Assembly (NCBI GenBank): GCA_025363675.1
Contig: JANYDJ010000074.1
Coordinates: 1 to 59,730, forward strand
DNA from: Flavobacteriaceae bacterium
GTDB taxonomy: Bacteria > Bacteroidota > Bacteroidia > UKL13-3
Length of the DNA stretch: 59,730 bases
Reading direction: 5' to 3'
Position numbers and translations under genes: made by a program. Positions 45,254-53,939 of this stretch are shown here, piece by piece (positions within the stretch are counted from its first letter, which is position 1; the number at the start of each line of letters is the position of its first letter). The notes under the pieces were generated by a model. That model was given only the letters and a program-made list of their open reading frames with translations. It ran no database searches and was not told the origin of the DNA.

Positions 45254-46102
45254 ATGCAAGATTACAGAAAAGTACAATATATCATAAATGCACCCGAGGT
45301 GATGATGGGTGATATTAAATTAAGGCAGGCTATTCCGGTAAATAATATAGAGCAGATTAGTCCGTTTATATTGTTGCATCATTTCGATAAGGAGATGAAA
45401 CCTTTGGAAGCTGGATTTAATGTACCGCCGCATCCGCACAGGGGTTTTAGTCCCATTACATTTATGTATGAAGGTGCTGTGGAGCATGAAGATTCATTGG
45501 GAAATAAAAAGGTAATTCATGATAACGAAGTGCAGTGGATTAATGCTGGAAGAGGTATTATACATAGTGAAAAAGCGGATAAAGATTTTGTGGAAAAAGG
45601 TGGTAGGTACCAAGGAATACAATTGTGGGTAAATACACCCAAGGCAAAGAAATTGCAGCCTGCTTCTTACCAACCCATTACTGCCGATGAAATAGTTTTG
45701 ATAGAAAAAGAAGGCGTAGAATTTCGTTTGGTTTCTGGAACTTATATGGATAAAAAAGGTCCCGCAGATTCTGATGTTTTTACAGCCATGTTGCGAATGA
45801 AAAGTGGAAGTGATTATACATTTAATTTCCCTGCAACTCACAATGTAGTATTTTATGTTTTGGAAGGACAAGTAAAATTGAATGGAGAAAAATTTGCCTT
45901 GCAACATAGCTTAATTGTATTTGAAAATACCGATGGAGAAATTTTATTGGAAGCCGGCGATGATGCCAAATTGCTACTAATGGCGGGCGAACCCATCAAT
46001 GAACCTTTGGTTAGTTATGGACCGTTTGTAATGACTTCGCAAACAGAAATTATGGAAGCCATGCGTGATTATCAGATGGGGAAAATGGGGTTCCTTTATT
46101 AA
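45254..46102 (+). CDS. pirin-family protein
   Basis: Cupin metal motif HPHRGFSPITFMYEG...H.DS.G, then Q.WVN, and a C-terminal GPFVM....EI..A..DY. The start is placed at the ATG at 45254, not the upstream TTG. Confidence 0.88.
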   Translation: MQDYRKVQYIINAPEVMMGDIKLRQAIPVNNIEQISPFILLHHFDKEMKPLEAGFNVPPHPHRGFSPITFMYEGAVEHEDSLGNKKVIHDNEVQWINAGRGIIHSEKADKDFVEKGGRYQGIQLWVNTPKAKKLQPASYQPITADEIVLIEKEGVEFRLVSGTYMDKKGPADSDVFTAMLRMKSGSDYTFNFPATHNVVFYVLEGQVKLNGEKFALQHSLIVFENTDGEILLEAGDDAKLLLMAGEPINEPLVSYGPFVMTSQTEIMEAMRDYQMGKMGFLY

Positions 46103-46122
46103 AGAAAAGTGAACTTCTACGC

Positions 46123-46188
46123 GTCATGCTCAATTTATTTCAGCATCTTTAAAACACGTTCTTAGATACTGAAATAAAATCAGCATGA
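46123..46188. repeat. palindromic element, GTCATGCTGAA family (diverged copy)
   Basis: GTCATGCTCAATTTATTTCAGCATCT ... AGATACTGAAATAAAATCAGCATGA. Compare with 7961-8026. Confidence 0.8.
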
Positions 46189-46215
46189 AGTCTGTTCTTT
46201 TATTATATTTGTGCC

Positions 46216-46464
46216 ATGCAAATAATTTCAGTCGCACATATAAGAAACTACAGATTGTTTGTGGAGTTCGATAATGGCTCAACTAAAACCATTGATTTAG
46301 AAAAATATATTCGCAACAGCGACAGCCCGATTATTGAGGAATATTTGGATATTGATTTGTTTTGCGAAGTTTATATGAATGACGAAGGAGCTCTATGCTG
46401 GGGCGATAGCGAGATGGTTATAACTTCTGAGAATATATTAAGCGGAGAGTTTGATATCATATAA
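46216..46464 (+). CDS. DUF2442-like small protein
   Basis: 82 aa. An N-terminal beta-rich I..V.......L.V.F.NG....IDL pattern resembles DUF2442. No DUF4160 partner is adjacent. Confidence 0.55.
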   Translation: MQIISVAHIRNYRLFVEFDNGSTKTIDLEKYIRNSDSPIIEEYLDIDLFCEVYMNDEGALCWGDSEMVITSENILSGEFDII

Positions 46465-46472
46465 AAGTAAAC

Positions 46473-47051
46473 ATGAACGATAATCAAAAAATACATATTG
46501 TAGCCATTTCTGGAAGCTTAAAAAAGACATCTTCCAATACCAATATTTTGCGAGCAATTGCCAGCTATATGCCTAGCCATGTAGTGATAAATATATATAA
46601 TGATTTGGAATCTATCCCGCCTTTTAATCCTGATAAGGAAAATGATTTCGAGTCGGTTAATAATTTGAGAAAATAATTGGCACAGGCTGATGGCGTTATT
46701 ATATGCACACCCGAGTATGCTTTTGGTGTTCCGGGAGTTTAAAAAAATGCATTAGATTGGGTTGTTTCATCGGGCGAATTAAATAAAAAACCTCTATCAG
46801 CAATTAGTGCCTCTCCTCTATATTTGGGTGGCGACAAAGCCTTGGCATCACTACTTCTCACACTTACAGCATTGGGAACTGTTACGCCCCAAAATATAAC
46901 ATATAGTATAGGCAATGTAAATAATAAATTGAATAAAGAAGGATTGATTATCGATGAAGATACAATTGAGAAATTGAAAGAAATTTTGAATCATTTGCTT
47001 CATGAAATTCAAAAAAGCAAAAATATATTTTTTCAAAACCTTGACAAATAA
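46473..47051 (+). pseudogene. NADPH-dependent FMN reductase gene interrupted by two in-frame TAA codons
   Basis: Single reading frame across 46473-47051: KIHIVAISGSLKKTSSNT...NNLRK-TAA(46674)-LAQADGVIICTPEYAFGVPGV-TAA(46740)-KNALDWVV...LYLGGDKA.... The second stop replaces the Leu of the conserved PG.LKNALDW motif. No frameshifts. Confidence 0.78.
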
Positions 47052-47116
47052 AAATTGTTGAAATGTATTTTTATATTCCTTATCTTCGCCCTCTCTAATC
47101 CAATTTATTATTAATC

Positions 47117-47524
47117 ATGTCAGATACAAAAGGAACTAAGGAAAATCCTTGGAAATTAAAAACCCCTCCCGGCATATCAGAATATGAAATGTATAAAGAT
47201 GCTAAAGACGGTAAAGATATATTAGTTTGTACTGTTGGCAAAACAGTATTACATTATGATTATCGTTGTATTAATGATCTTCATAATATGTTGCAAGAAC
47301 ACGGCAACTGGATTTTCCTAGGAAGTGCCGATGAGCAAAAACCAGCAGCTGATGGAACCGTGGAAGCATGGGGACGTTCAGAGAAAAATCCTGTTGGTGG
47401 TTGGTATGGTTTGAAGAAAGGATTACGCGGGCGTTTTGGAATGTACTTGCCGCCTTTGTTAGAAGAGCTAGGATTGGCAGAGCTTGAACACAATCCGAAA
47501 AGTAATAGGATGCGGGCATTATAA
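47117..47524 (+). CDS. conserved hypothetical protein
   Basis: 135-aa ORF with ordinary composition. No motif I can assign. Confidence 0.55.
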   Translation: MSDTKGTKENPWKLKTPPGISEYEMYKDAKDGKDILVCTVGKTVLHYDYRCINDLHNMLQEHGNWIFLGSADEQKPAADGTVEAWGRSEKNPVGGWYGLKKGLRGRFGMYLPPLLEELGLAELEHNPKSNRMRAL

Positions 47525-47528
47525 TATA

Positions 47529-48026
47529 TTATACTTTTTCTCTCAGCATTTCATTATATCTCATATTCCTGCTCAACGCACTAATTGCCCGAGCTATCCG
47601 CTTGGCCTTAGTTTCATCAGTCTTTGCTGAGGCAATCCATTTCGAAAAATAATGCTGATGCGATTTGGCTAATGTATTAAAAAATCTTACTGCTCGTTCT
47701 TCTTCAGTCAAGCAGTCAATAAAATCTGAATCATATACTATTGGACTATTATCTGCTTCCATTTGCACGGTTATCATATCGCCTTTTCTTCTGCCAATTT
47801 TTTTTCGCACTTCACTATTCAGTGCCAGTATAAATCCTCCATCACCCATTGGTAAAACTGCCATCCCCTTAAAACTATAATTGTCTAATTTCCCTTTAAC
47901 GCGGTATGCTTTTTTTACATTCGGCTTAATCTGCGATGAAATTTCTTCCGATATTTCTATATATGACCAGCCTGTTTTTTCGCCTTTGTTAGCAAATTTT
48001 TTTAACGGTGTGGTAAAGGTTATCAT
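47529..48026 (-). CDS. DUF1905 + YdeI/OmpD-associated family protein
   Basis: N-terminal DUF1905-like beta domain (GWSYIEI...V.GKLD...F.G.A.LPMGDG.F.L). The C-terminal F..L..SHQ..F..WI..AK..ETK.KRI matches the YdeI-type helical tail. Confidence 0.78.
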   Translation of the reverse strand: MITFTTPLKKFANKGEKTGWSYIEISEEISSQIKPNVKKAYRVKGKLDNYSFKGMAVLPMGDGGFILALNSEVRKKIGRRKGDMITVQMEADNSPIVYDSDFIDCLTEEERAVRFFNTLAKSHQHYFSKWIASAKTDETKAKRIARAISALSRNMRYNEMLREKV

Positions 48027-48039
48027 ATATCAATATTGT

Positions 48040-48286
48040 CCATGGTTGGTGTCCTCACCATAACTGTTCGGAAGCTTTTGATGTTTGGTAAAATGTCGCG
48101 TCCCTAAAAGGACTTGGTGTGGGTGGGGTTCTGTTTTTTACCAATGTTAGATCCCGATGGGACTTATAATATTGCCCCTTTAGGTGCAATATATTGGTAA
48201 AAAGAAGACTTGTATAAAACTTAAGTCCCTTTAGGGACGCGACAAACGGATGTTCCGAACACCTGTGGCGAGGACACCAACCACGG
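48040..48286. repeat. ~250-nt nested palindromic element built of CCC-N4-GGG mini-hairpins
   Basis: The outer arms 48040-48073 and 48253-48286 are complementary at 29 of 34 positions. The inner arms are GTCGCGTCCCTAAAAGGACTT and AAGTCCCTTTAGGGACGCGAC. The central pair is TTTTACCAAT / ATTGGTAAAA. ORF 48055-48294 is its translation. Confidence 0.85.
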
Positions 48287-48306
48287 GCATTCACCTAATA
48301 TTATCA

Positions 48307-48350
48307 GGCGTCAGCCCATTCATCATTTATAATTCATAACTCATCATTTA
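48307..48350 (-). repeat. GGCGTCAGCC core plus a TCATCAT/TCATAAC short-period block
   Basis: GGCGTCAGCCCATTCATCATTTATAATTCATAACTCATCATTTA. Read on the minus strand, it directly follows the OsmC-family stop codon. Confidence 0.7.
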
Positions 48351-48749
48351 AATTATATCTATCTCATAAGAAATATCAGCAGCCTTCACCAACATGGCAT
48401 ACACGCCGCAGTATTTTTCGAGAGAAAGTTTTACCGCACGTTCTATTTTTTCTAAATCAGCTACAGCCAAATGTATATGATATATAATTTTGATGGTGTG
48501 GTATATTTTGGGATAATCATCTGTTAACTCCCCCATAACTTCAATTGACAAATCACTAAATTCAACTTTCATTTTTTGTAGAATAGGAACAATATCCATT
48601 CCTGAGCATGCAGCAAGAGCACTTAATACCAAGGGTTTTGGCGTGGGTCCTAAATCTTCGGCACTATGGTCCAGTATTATTTTATGGCCACTTATTTCGG
48701 TTTCAAAAGCCATTCCTGACAGATACTTGGTAGTAGTTGAATGTAACAC
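48348..48749 (-). CDS. OsmC-family protein
   Basis: 133 aa. GP.P...L..ALA.C......IL.K and a C-terminal C.V pattern are typical of OsmC/Ohr-fold proteins. Confidence 0.82.
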   Translation of the reverse strand: MLHSTTTKYLSGMAFETEISGHKIILDHSAEDLGPTPKPLVLSALAACSGMDIVPILQKMKVEFSDLSIEVMGELTDDYPKIYHTIKIIYHIHLAVADLEKIERAVKLSLEKYCGVYAMLVKAADISYEIDII

Positions 48750-48761
48750 TATAATAATATA

Positions 48762-49799
48762 TTAATTTGAAAACATGAGCTTTTTTTCTAGAGAGTCATC
48801 CAATTTTGGCAGTTTGTTTCGTTGTACCAAATAAGAAGTAAGTTCGGCAAATTCCTTATATATAAAATGGGCATCCATTGCCGACTTTAAATATCCTGCA
48901 CCCGTGCTTCCGCCTGTACCTGTGCGACTCCCTATCATGCGTTTAACCATGGCTAAATGTCGCGAACGCCATTGGCTCATCAAAGAATCTATATCTAACA
49001 ATATACTAATAAGCTGATAGGGCAACTGCAATAAGGGGTAATCTCTATATAGCATAATAAACAAAGCGTGCCTATTTGCTTGGGGGCTCAATCTACGATC
49101 CTTCGGATAATTCTCATCATCCATAAATAACATATTAAAGCCAACATCATTTTGTCTTTCATCGGGATGCAAGGTAGAAAAATATACTTCTCTATACTTT
49201 TGCCAAAAGGGGTGGTCAGAATATCTTTTGTCAGACTCTTGTGCCCAGGATGCGTGGTCGAAAAATGGCATACGCTCGAGCCAACTAATAATCAATTCCA
49301 ATAAGGAGACCTCTTTTTCAGAATTTTTTACACGCTCAATATCTTCCTTATTGAGCTGCGAAGTATAATAGTTTTGTCCATGGCGTTGCTCATATTTCAA
49401 CCCCAGTAAAGCTTCCAATTGTTTAAATTGTATACTTTGAAAACCTGATGCTGGCCTCAATAAATCTCTAAAATCGAGAAAGTCGAGCGGGGTCATAGAT
49501 TCTATAATATCCATTTTGTCCACCAACATTTGCAGTATTAATCCTACCCTTCTTAGGCGGTGAACCACATTCATTAATTCTGGCGAATTATCGGGTATAT
49601 GGGGTTGGCTAAAAACTTGACGTGCTATATTCACTTCATATATAATTTGCTTGAACCAAAGTTCGTATGATTGGTGAATAATGATGAACAGCATTTCATC
49701 GTCGGCTCGTATGCCAGCCTTAGTACTTTCAGGCTCTTGGGCGTTTAGTATCTTATCGAGTTGAAGATACTCACTGTAATAAACAGGCTTTTGTTCCAT
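48762..49799 (-). CDS. kynA: tryptophan 2,3-dioxygenase family protein
   Basis: YSEYLQLDKILNAQ, DEMLFIIIHQSYELWFKQ, FRD.L.PASGFQS.QF and GTGGS.G..YL motifs. Confidence 0.88.
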   Translation of the reverse strand: MEQKPVYYSEYLQLDKILNAQEPESTKAGIRADDEMLFIIIHQSYELWFKQIIYEVNIARQVFSQPHIPDNSPELMNVVHRLRRVGLILQMLVDKMDIIESMTPLDFLDFRDLLRPASGFQSIQFKQLEALLGLKYEQRHGQNYYTSQLNKEDIERVKNSEKEVSLLELIISWLERMPFFDHASWAQESDKRYSDHPFWQKYREVYFSTLHPDERQNDVGFNMLFMDDENYPKDRRLSPQANRHALFIMLYRDYPLLQLPYQLISILLDIDSLMSQWRSRHLAMVKRMIGSRTGTGGSTGAGYLKSAMDAHFIYKEFAELTSYLVQRNKLPKLDDSLEKKLMFSN

Positions 49800-49826
49800 G
49801 GTATAAATTTAAATATAAACTGATAG

Positions 49827-52529
49827 TTATTTTACCTCCAATTTGGTATGTATTATACAATCTTTGTCTTTAATAATGATATGATATAGTCCTTTTGAGA
49901 AATCTGATATATTAATGGTTTGAATATTTTTTTCAACCTGTATTTTAATAGGATTATAATAAATCAATCTGCCGGTATTGTCATATATTTCCATTCTGCC
50001 ACTGGCATTCTTATCGGCATTAAATTGTATATTCACATATTCGGATGCAGGGTTGGGAAATACCAACAAGTTATGATATATATTTGTTTCCACTTGATTA
50101 ACTCCACTGGTTGGGTAGCCCAATTTAAAATCCCAGATACCCCGCCCGTAGGTAGCAAAACGGGCTGTTTGGGTGCGGTCGATAAATTCCACACTCCAAT
50201 AGGTTTGGTCAGGAGCAACGGCACCTCCTATATACTTCCAAACTGAATCTGCAATACTATATACATAAGGTCCTGCATCGGTAGCAGCAAATATATATTC
50301 TTCTTTACTATCCATTGCCAATTCAAATAGCATGGTATTGGGCAGTCCCGAAACTCTAGGAACAAAAGTATTACCATTGTCTGTACTCATCCAAAAACCC
50401 GCTGTGGAATATCCACTTCCCGATATATATATAATATCCTTATTTTTTTTTGAGGGTAATATACATGCACCATACAAATAATTTGCACCAGGTCCTGCAA
50501 ATGTTTGTGTGGTGTCCCAACTTTGGCCACCATCCTTGCTTTTCCAAAACAAACCTTGGTCAGTCATTACATATTTGTAATTGTGGTTAATTGGAGAAAA
50601 TGCAATAGCTGAAATGCGGTCTCCCTGTTTGCGGGCAAAATTAAAAGTTTCTTCGGTAGCTTGTAGTTTGTTGGTATTAATATATTGCAGTTTATATAAA
50701 TGTGCTTCGGTATTGGCATCGCTGCCCCCACCCATCCAGCACATAGTTGGCACGTCTGGATCGGCAGTTAAAGGGGCTATCCATACTTGTCCTTTACTGG
50801 TAAAATTCCATCGGCTATTATTATAGGTATTGGCAATATCATTATAATACATCACAAAACCCGGATAGTCGCACCACAGACTGTTACCACTATCGCCGCT
50901 TACCAAATGCCCATAATCGCCACTAATTGTTTGTTCAAAATCGAGTGTGCCACCTATATCATTTTTACATGCTTGAAAACCTTGATCCTGTGCCCCCGCA
51001 TACACACGTTTCGGGTCGGCCTTGGCGGTATATACTGAATAGTACTGGCTTACATCGAGCCCGCTCATTGATATATTTTGTACACTTTGCAGCCCATCGT
51101 TACTATAATAGGTGCCGCCATCGCAATTTATATATATCAGCTCTTTTCTATTCTTTCCCATTTTAGCCTGAATGGATTGTATATCGGCATGGAGCTTATA
51201 GGCAACATCTGCATAATATTCGCCCCAGGTATTAAACTGTTTGAATGTTTTACCCGCATCTCTGCTTATCCAACATTCTATATTACCCAAATATATATTG
51301 TTTGGATTACTTATATCGCAATTAAAATTTCTATTATACGGATTTTTATTAAAGTAGGATTGAAAGTTCCAACTATTCCCACTATTTGTCGAATAAAACA
51401 AACTATCATGAATATACGCATACAAATAGGTTCCTGTTTTATTTTCAAGACCCGCAAGATAGGCATTACCTTTAGGGCTATAGGGTATATTACTTACATA
51501 GTTTAACTGATCATTATAATCATTTTTCACACACAAAGTATCTGTTACCAACATATATAATTTGCCCGATCCATAAGGTGCGGTCCATATACTAAAGCGT
51601 GATGCTCCTCCAAAAATATTTTCATTAAAAGAAGTATCGAGCACAAATGTTTTTCCTTGATTTTTTGAACTATATAATGATGTTTGTGCATTCCAACTGT
51701 TATAGTTCCAATCGTGGGCCAATATATATACTGTTTTTTGAGAATCGTTTGCTACCACTGCTTGTTCTATATTGCCCCACTTCACAATATTATCTAATCC
51801 TGCAGCTTTGTTCCAGTGTGCTCCTTCATCGTCGCTATAATAGGCTTTGTTATTGGAAGTAACTGCCAATATCCGTTTTTTTCCTACTGCTATATATAAT
51901 ATTTTAACCATTCGCAAGCCACCAAATTTTAATTTGTCATTCAGTACTTTCCAGTTTGAACCATCGGGATTACTTCGCCATATATTTCCCTGGTCTGACC
52001 CCGCATATAATAAATTGTTTACCGTATCCAAATCAACACATAGGGTACGTCCTGCATTGTTGGCACTGCCTTTTTCGTGCCAGTGCCCTTTTAGTTTGCC
52101 ACTAAAAAATGAATCGACACTGCCGCGAAAATTCATTATATTATTATATTGTGTTTGGCTATTACTGCGGTTTATTTCTTCCCAATTAATACCCGGAGCT
52201 GCTCGGTGTATGTAGTTTATATATTCTTTGCGGGCATTGTGAAACTCTTCGTTTTCATCTTGGCTTGTATTAAATTCTGTAGGTTTGGGATTCTGCACTC
52301 CGCTTACAAAATTCGAGATATTCGTTAGTCCTGTATTTTGGGGAATAGTTTTTTGAAAGTTTTTTGAAACCAATTGCTTTTGGTTTGTCTCCGCTATAAT
52401 TCGCGATTCACCAACCCAAACTTTATTGCCATTATCCTCACCCAAAAATTGATTTATAAATAGGGTACAACCTATCCAAAACAAGATACTAAAACCTATA
52501 ATATATTTCCCTTTATTCATTAATCCCAT
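49827..52529 (-). CDS. BNR/Sortilin-type beta-propeller protein with T9SS C-terminal sorting domain
   Basis: 900 aa. It has an N-terminal TM/signal segment. Multiple S.D.G.(T/S)(W/F) BNR motifs are present (SDDEGAHW, SKNQGKTF, STNSGNSW, SRDAGKTF, SKDGGQSW, STDNGNTF). The C-terminal tail is VFPNPASEY...IYDNTGRLIY...GLYHIII. Confidence 0.8.
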   Translation of the reverse strand: MGLMNKGKYIIGFSILFWIGCTLFINQFLGEDNGNKVWVGESRIIAETNQKQLVSKNFQKTIPQNTGLTNISNFVSGVQNPKPTEFNTSQDENEEFHNARKEYINYIHRAAPGINWEEINRSNSQTQYNNIMNFRGSVDSFFSGKLKGHWHEKGSANNAGRTLCVDLDTVNNLLYAGSDQGNIWRSNPDGSNWKVLNDKLKFGGLRMVKILYIAVGKKRILAVTSNNKAYYSDDEGAHWNKAAGLDNIVKWGNIEQAVVANDSQKTVYILAHDWNYNSWNAQTSLYSSKNQGKTFVLDTSFNENIFGGASRFSIWTAPYGSGKLYMLVTDTLCVKNDYNDQLNYVSNIPYSPKGNAYLAGLENKTGTYLYAYIHDSLFYSTNSGNSWNFQSYFNKNPYNRNFNCDISNPNNIYLGNIECWISRDAGKTFKQFNTWGEYYADVAYKLHADIQSIQAKMGKNRKELIYINCDGGTYYSNDGLQSVQNISMSGLDVSQYYSVYTAKADPKRVYAGAQDQGFQACKNDIGGTLDFEQTISGDYGHLVSGDSGNSLWCDYPGFVMYYNDIANTYNNSRWNFTSKGQVWIAPLTADPDVPTMCWMGGGSDANTEAHLYKLQYINTNKLQATEETFNFARKQGDRISAIAFSPINHNYKYVMTDQGLFWKSKDGGQSWDTTQTFAGPGANYLYGACILPSKKNKDIIYISGSGYSTAGFWMSTDNGNTFVPRVSGLPNTMLFELAMDSKEEYIFAATDAGPYVYSIADSVWKYIGGAVAPDQTYWSVEFIDRTQTARFATYGRGIWDFKLGYPTSGVNQVETNIYHNLLVFPNPASEYVNIQFNADKNASGRMEIYDNTGRLIYYNPIKIQVEKNIQTINISDFSKGLYHIIIKDKDCIIHTKLEVK

Positions 52530-52592
52530 TTTTTAAAAAGCAACGCAAATTAAGGCAAAATGGCTTTTAGTAGTTTATTTTGCAACGAAATT

Positions 52593-53873
52593 ATGAAAAA
52601 CCTAATAGAAGAATTACAGTGGCGAGGCTTGCTTTTCGACCAAATGCCTGGCATTGATGAACACCTGCAAAAGAGCATGGTTACTGGCTATATTGGCTTC
52701 GACCCAACCGCTCCGTCGCTCACCATCGGCAATTTTGTGCAGATTATTTTGCTGATGCATTTGCAACGCTGCGGACACAAACCTATTGCCGTTGTGGGTG
52801 GTGCCACGGGTATGATTGGTGACCCATCAGGCAAAGCCTCAGAAAGAAATTTGCTCGATCTTGAGACCCTAAAATACAACGAACAAAAAGTAAAAGAACA
52901 GCTCAGCAAATTCCTCAATTTCGATTGCGGTGCCAATAGTGCTTTGGTAGTAAACAATTACGATTGGATGAAGGATTTTACCTTCCTCGATTTCTTGCGT
53001 GATGTGGGAAAACACCTCACGGTAAATTATATGATTGCCAAAGACTCTGTGAAAACTCGTATGGAATCAGGCATTTCATTCACTGAGTTCAGTTACCAAT
53101 TATTACAAGGTTACGATTTTAAACATTTATATGATACTTACGGCTGCACCTTGCAAATGGGGGGCAGCGACCAATGGGGCAATATGACCGCAGGCACTGA
53201 ATTGGTGCGTAGAATGGCGGGCGGCGAGGCTTGGTGTATTACAAGTCCGCTAGTTACAAAGGCTGATGGAACTAAGTTTGGCAAAAGTGAAAGTGGCAAT
53301 GTATGGCTCGATGCGGGTATGACTTCCCCTTATAAGTTCTATCAATTTTGGTTAAATGTAAGCGATGAAGATGCAAAAAAATTCATCCGCATTTTTACAT
53401 TTTTGGATAGAAATATAATAGAAAATTTAGAAGCAAAACATATAGCTGAACCACACTTGCGTGAATTGCAAAAAACGCTTGCAAAAGAACTTACTATATT
53501 AGTTCACGGCGAGCAAGAATATAATACTGCGGTAGATGCATCCAACTTATTGTTTGGAAATGGCACCACCGAGCAGTTAAAACAAATGGACGAAAGTTTA
53601 TTATTAAATGTACTAGAAGGTGTGCCCATGGTTGAAGTTGAGAAAGCAAGTATTATAGGTTTAAACATTGTAGAAGTACTATCAACCAATACAAACAATA
53701 TAATATTCCCCAGCAAAGGTGAAGCACGGAAGATGGTTGAAGCCAATGGGGTTTCATTGAATAAAGAAAAAGTAAACCTCGAAAAAAACATTGAAGAAAC
53801 TGATTGGTTGCAGGGGCGATATATACTTGCACAAAAAGGGAAGAAGAATTATTTTTTGATTAAAGGGGTGTAG
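52593..53873 (+). CDS. tyrS: tyrosine--tRNA ligase
   Basis: Class I motifs: a HIGH-like segment ([11 protein letters not shown]) and KFGKS (KMSKS-type), plus a C-terminal S4-like domain. The start is placed at the ATG at 52593 ([14 protein letters not shown]), typical of TyrRS N-termini. Confidence 0.93.
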   Translation: MKNLIEELQWRGLLFDQMPGIDEHLQKSMVTGYIGFDPTAPSLTIGNFVQIILLMHLQRCGHKPIAVVGGATGMIGDPSGKASERNLLDLETLKYNEQKVKEQLSKFLNFDCGANSALVVNNYDWMKDFTFLDFLRDVGKHLTVNYMIAKDSVKTRMESGISFTEFSYQLLQGYDFKHLYDTYGCTLQMGGSDQWGNMTAGTELVRRMAGGEAWCITSPLVTKADGTKFGKSESGNVWLDAGMTSPYKFYQFWLNVSDEDAKKFIRIFTFLDRNIIENLEAKHIAEPHLRELQKTLAKELTILVHGEQEYNTAVDASNLLFGNGTTEQLKQMDESLLLNVLEGVPMVEVEKASIIGLNIVEVLSTNTNNIIFPSKGEARKMVEANGVSLNKEKVNLEKNIEETDWLQGRYILAQKGKKNYFLIKGV

Positions 53874-53939
53874 AAATATAATTTCATTACATGCAACCAT
53901 TTGTGTATAATTGTACTCTTGTACAAAAACACTATTTGC

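Noticed and set aside
48055-48294. 79-aa minus-strand ORF.
   Set aside because: It lies entirely within the nested palindromic element and has no independent coding signal.
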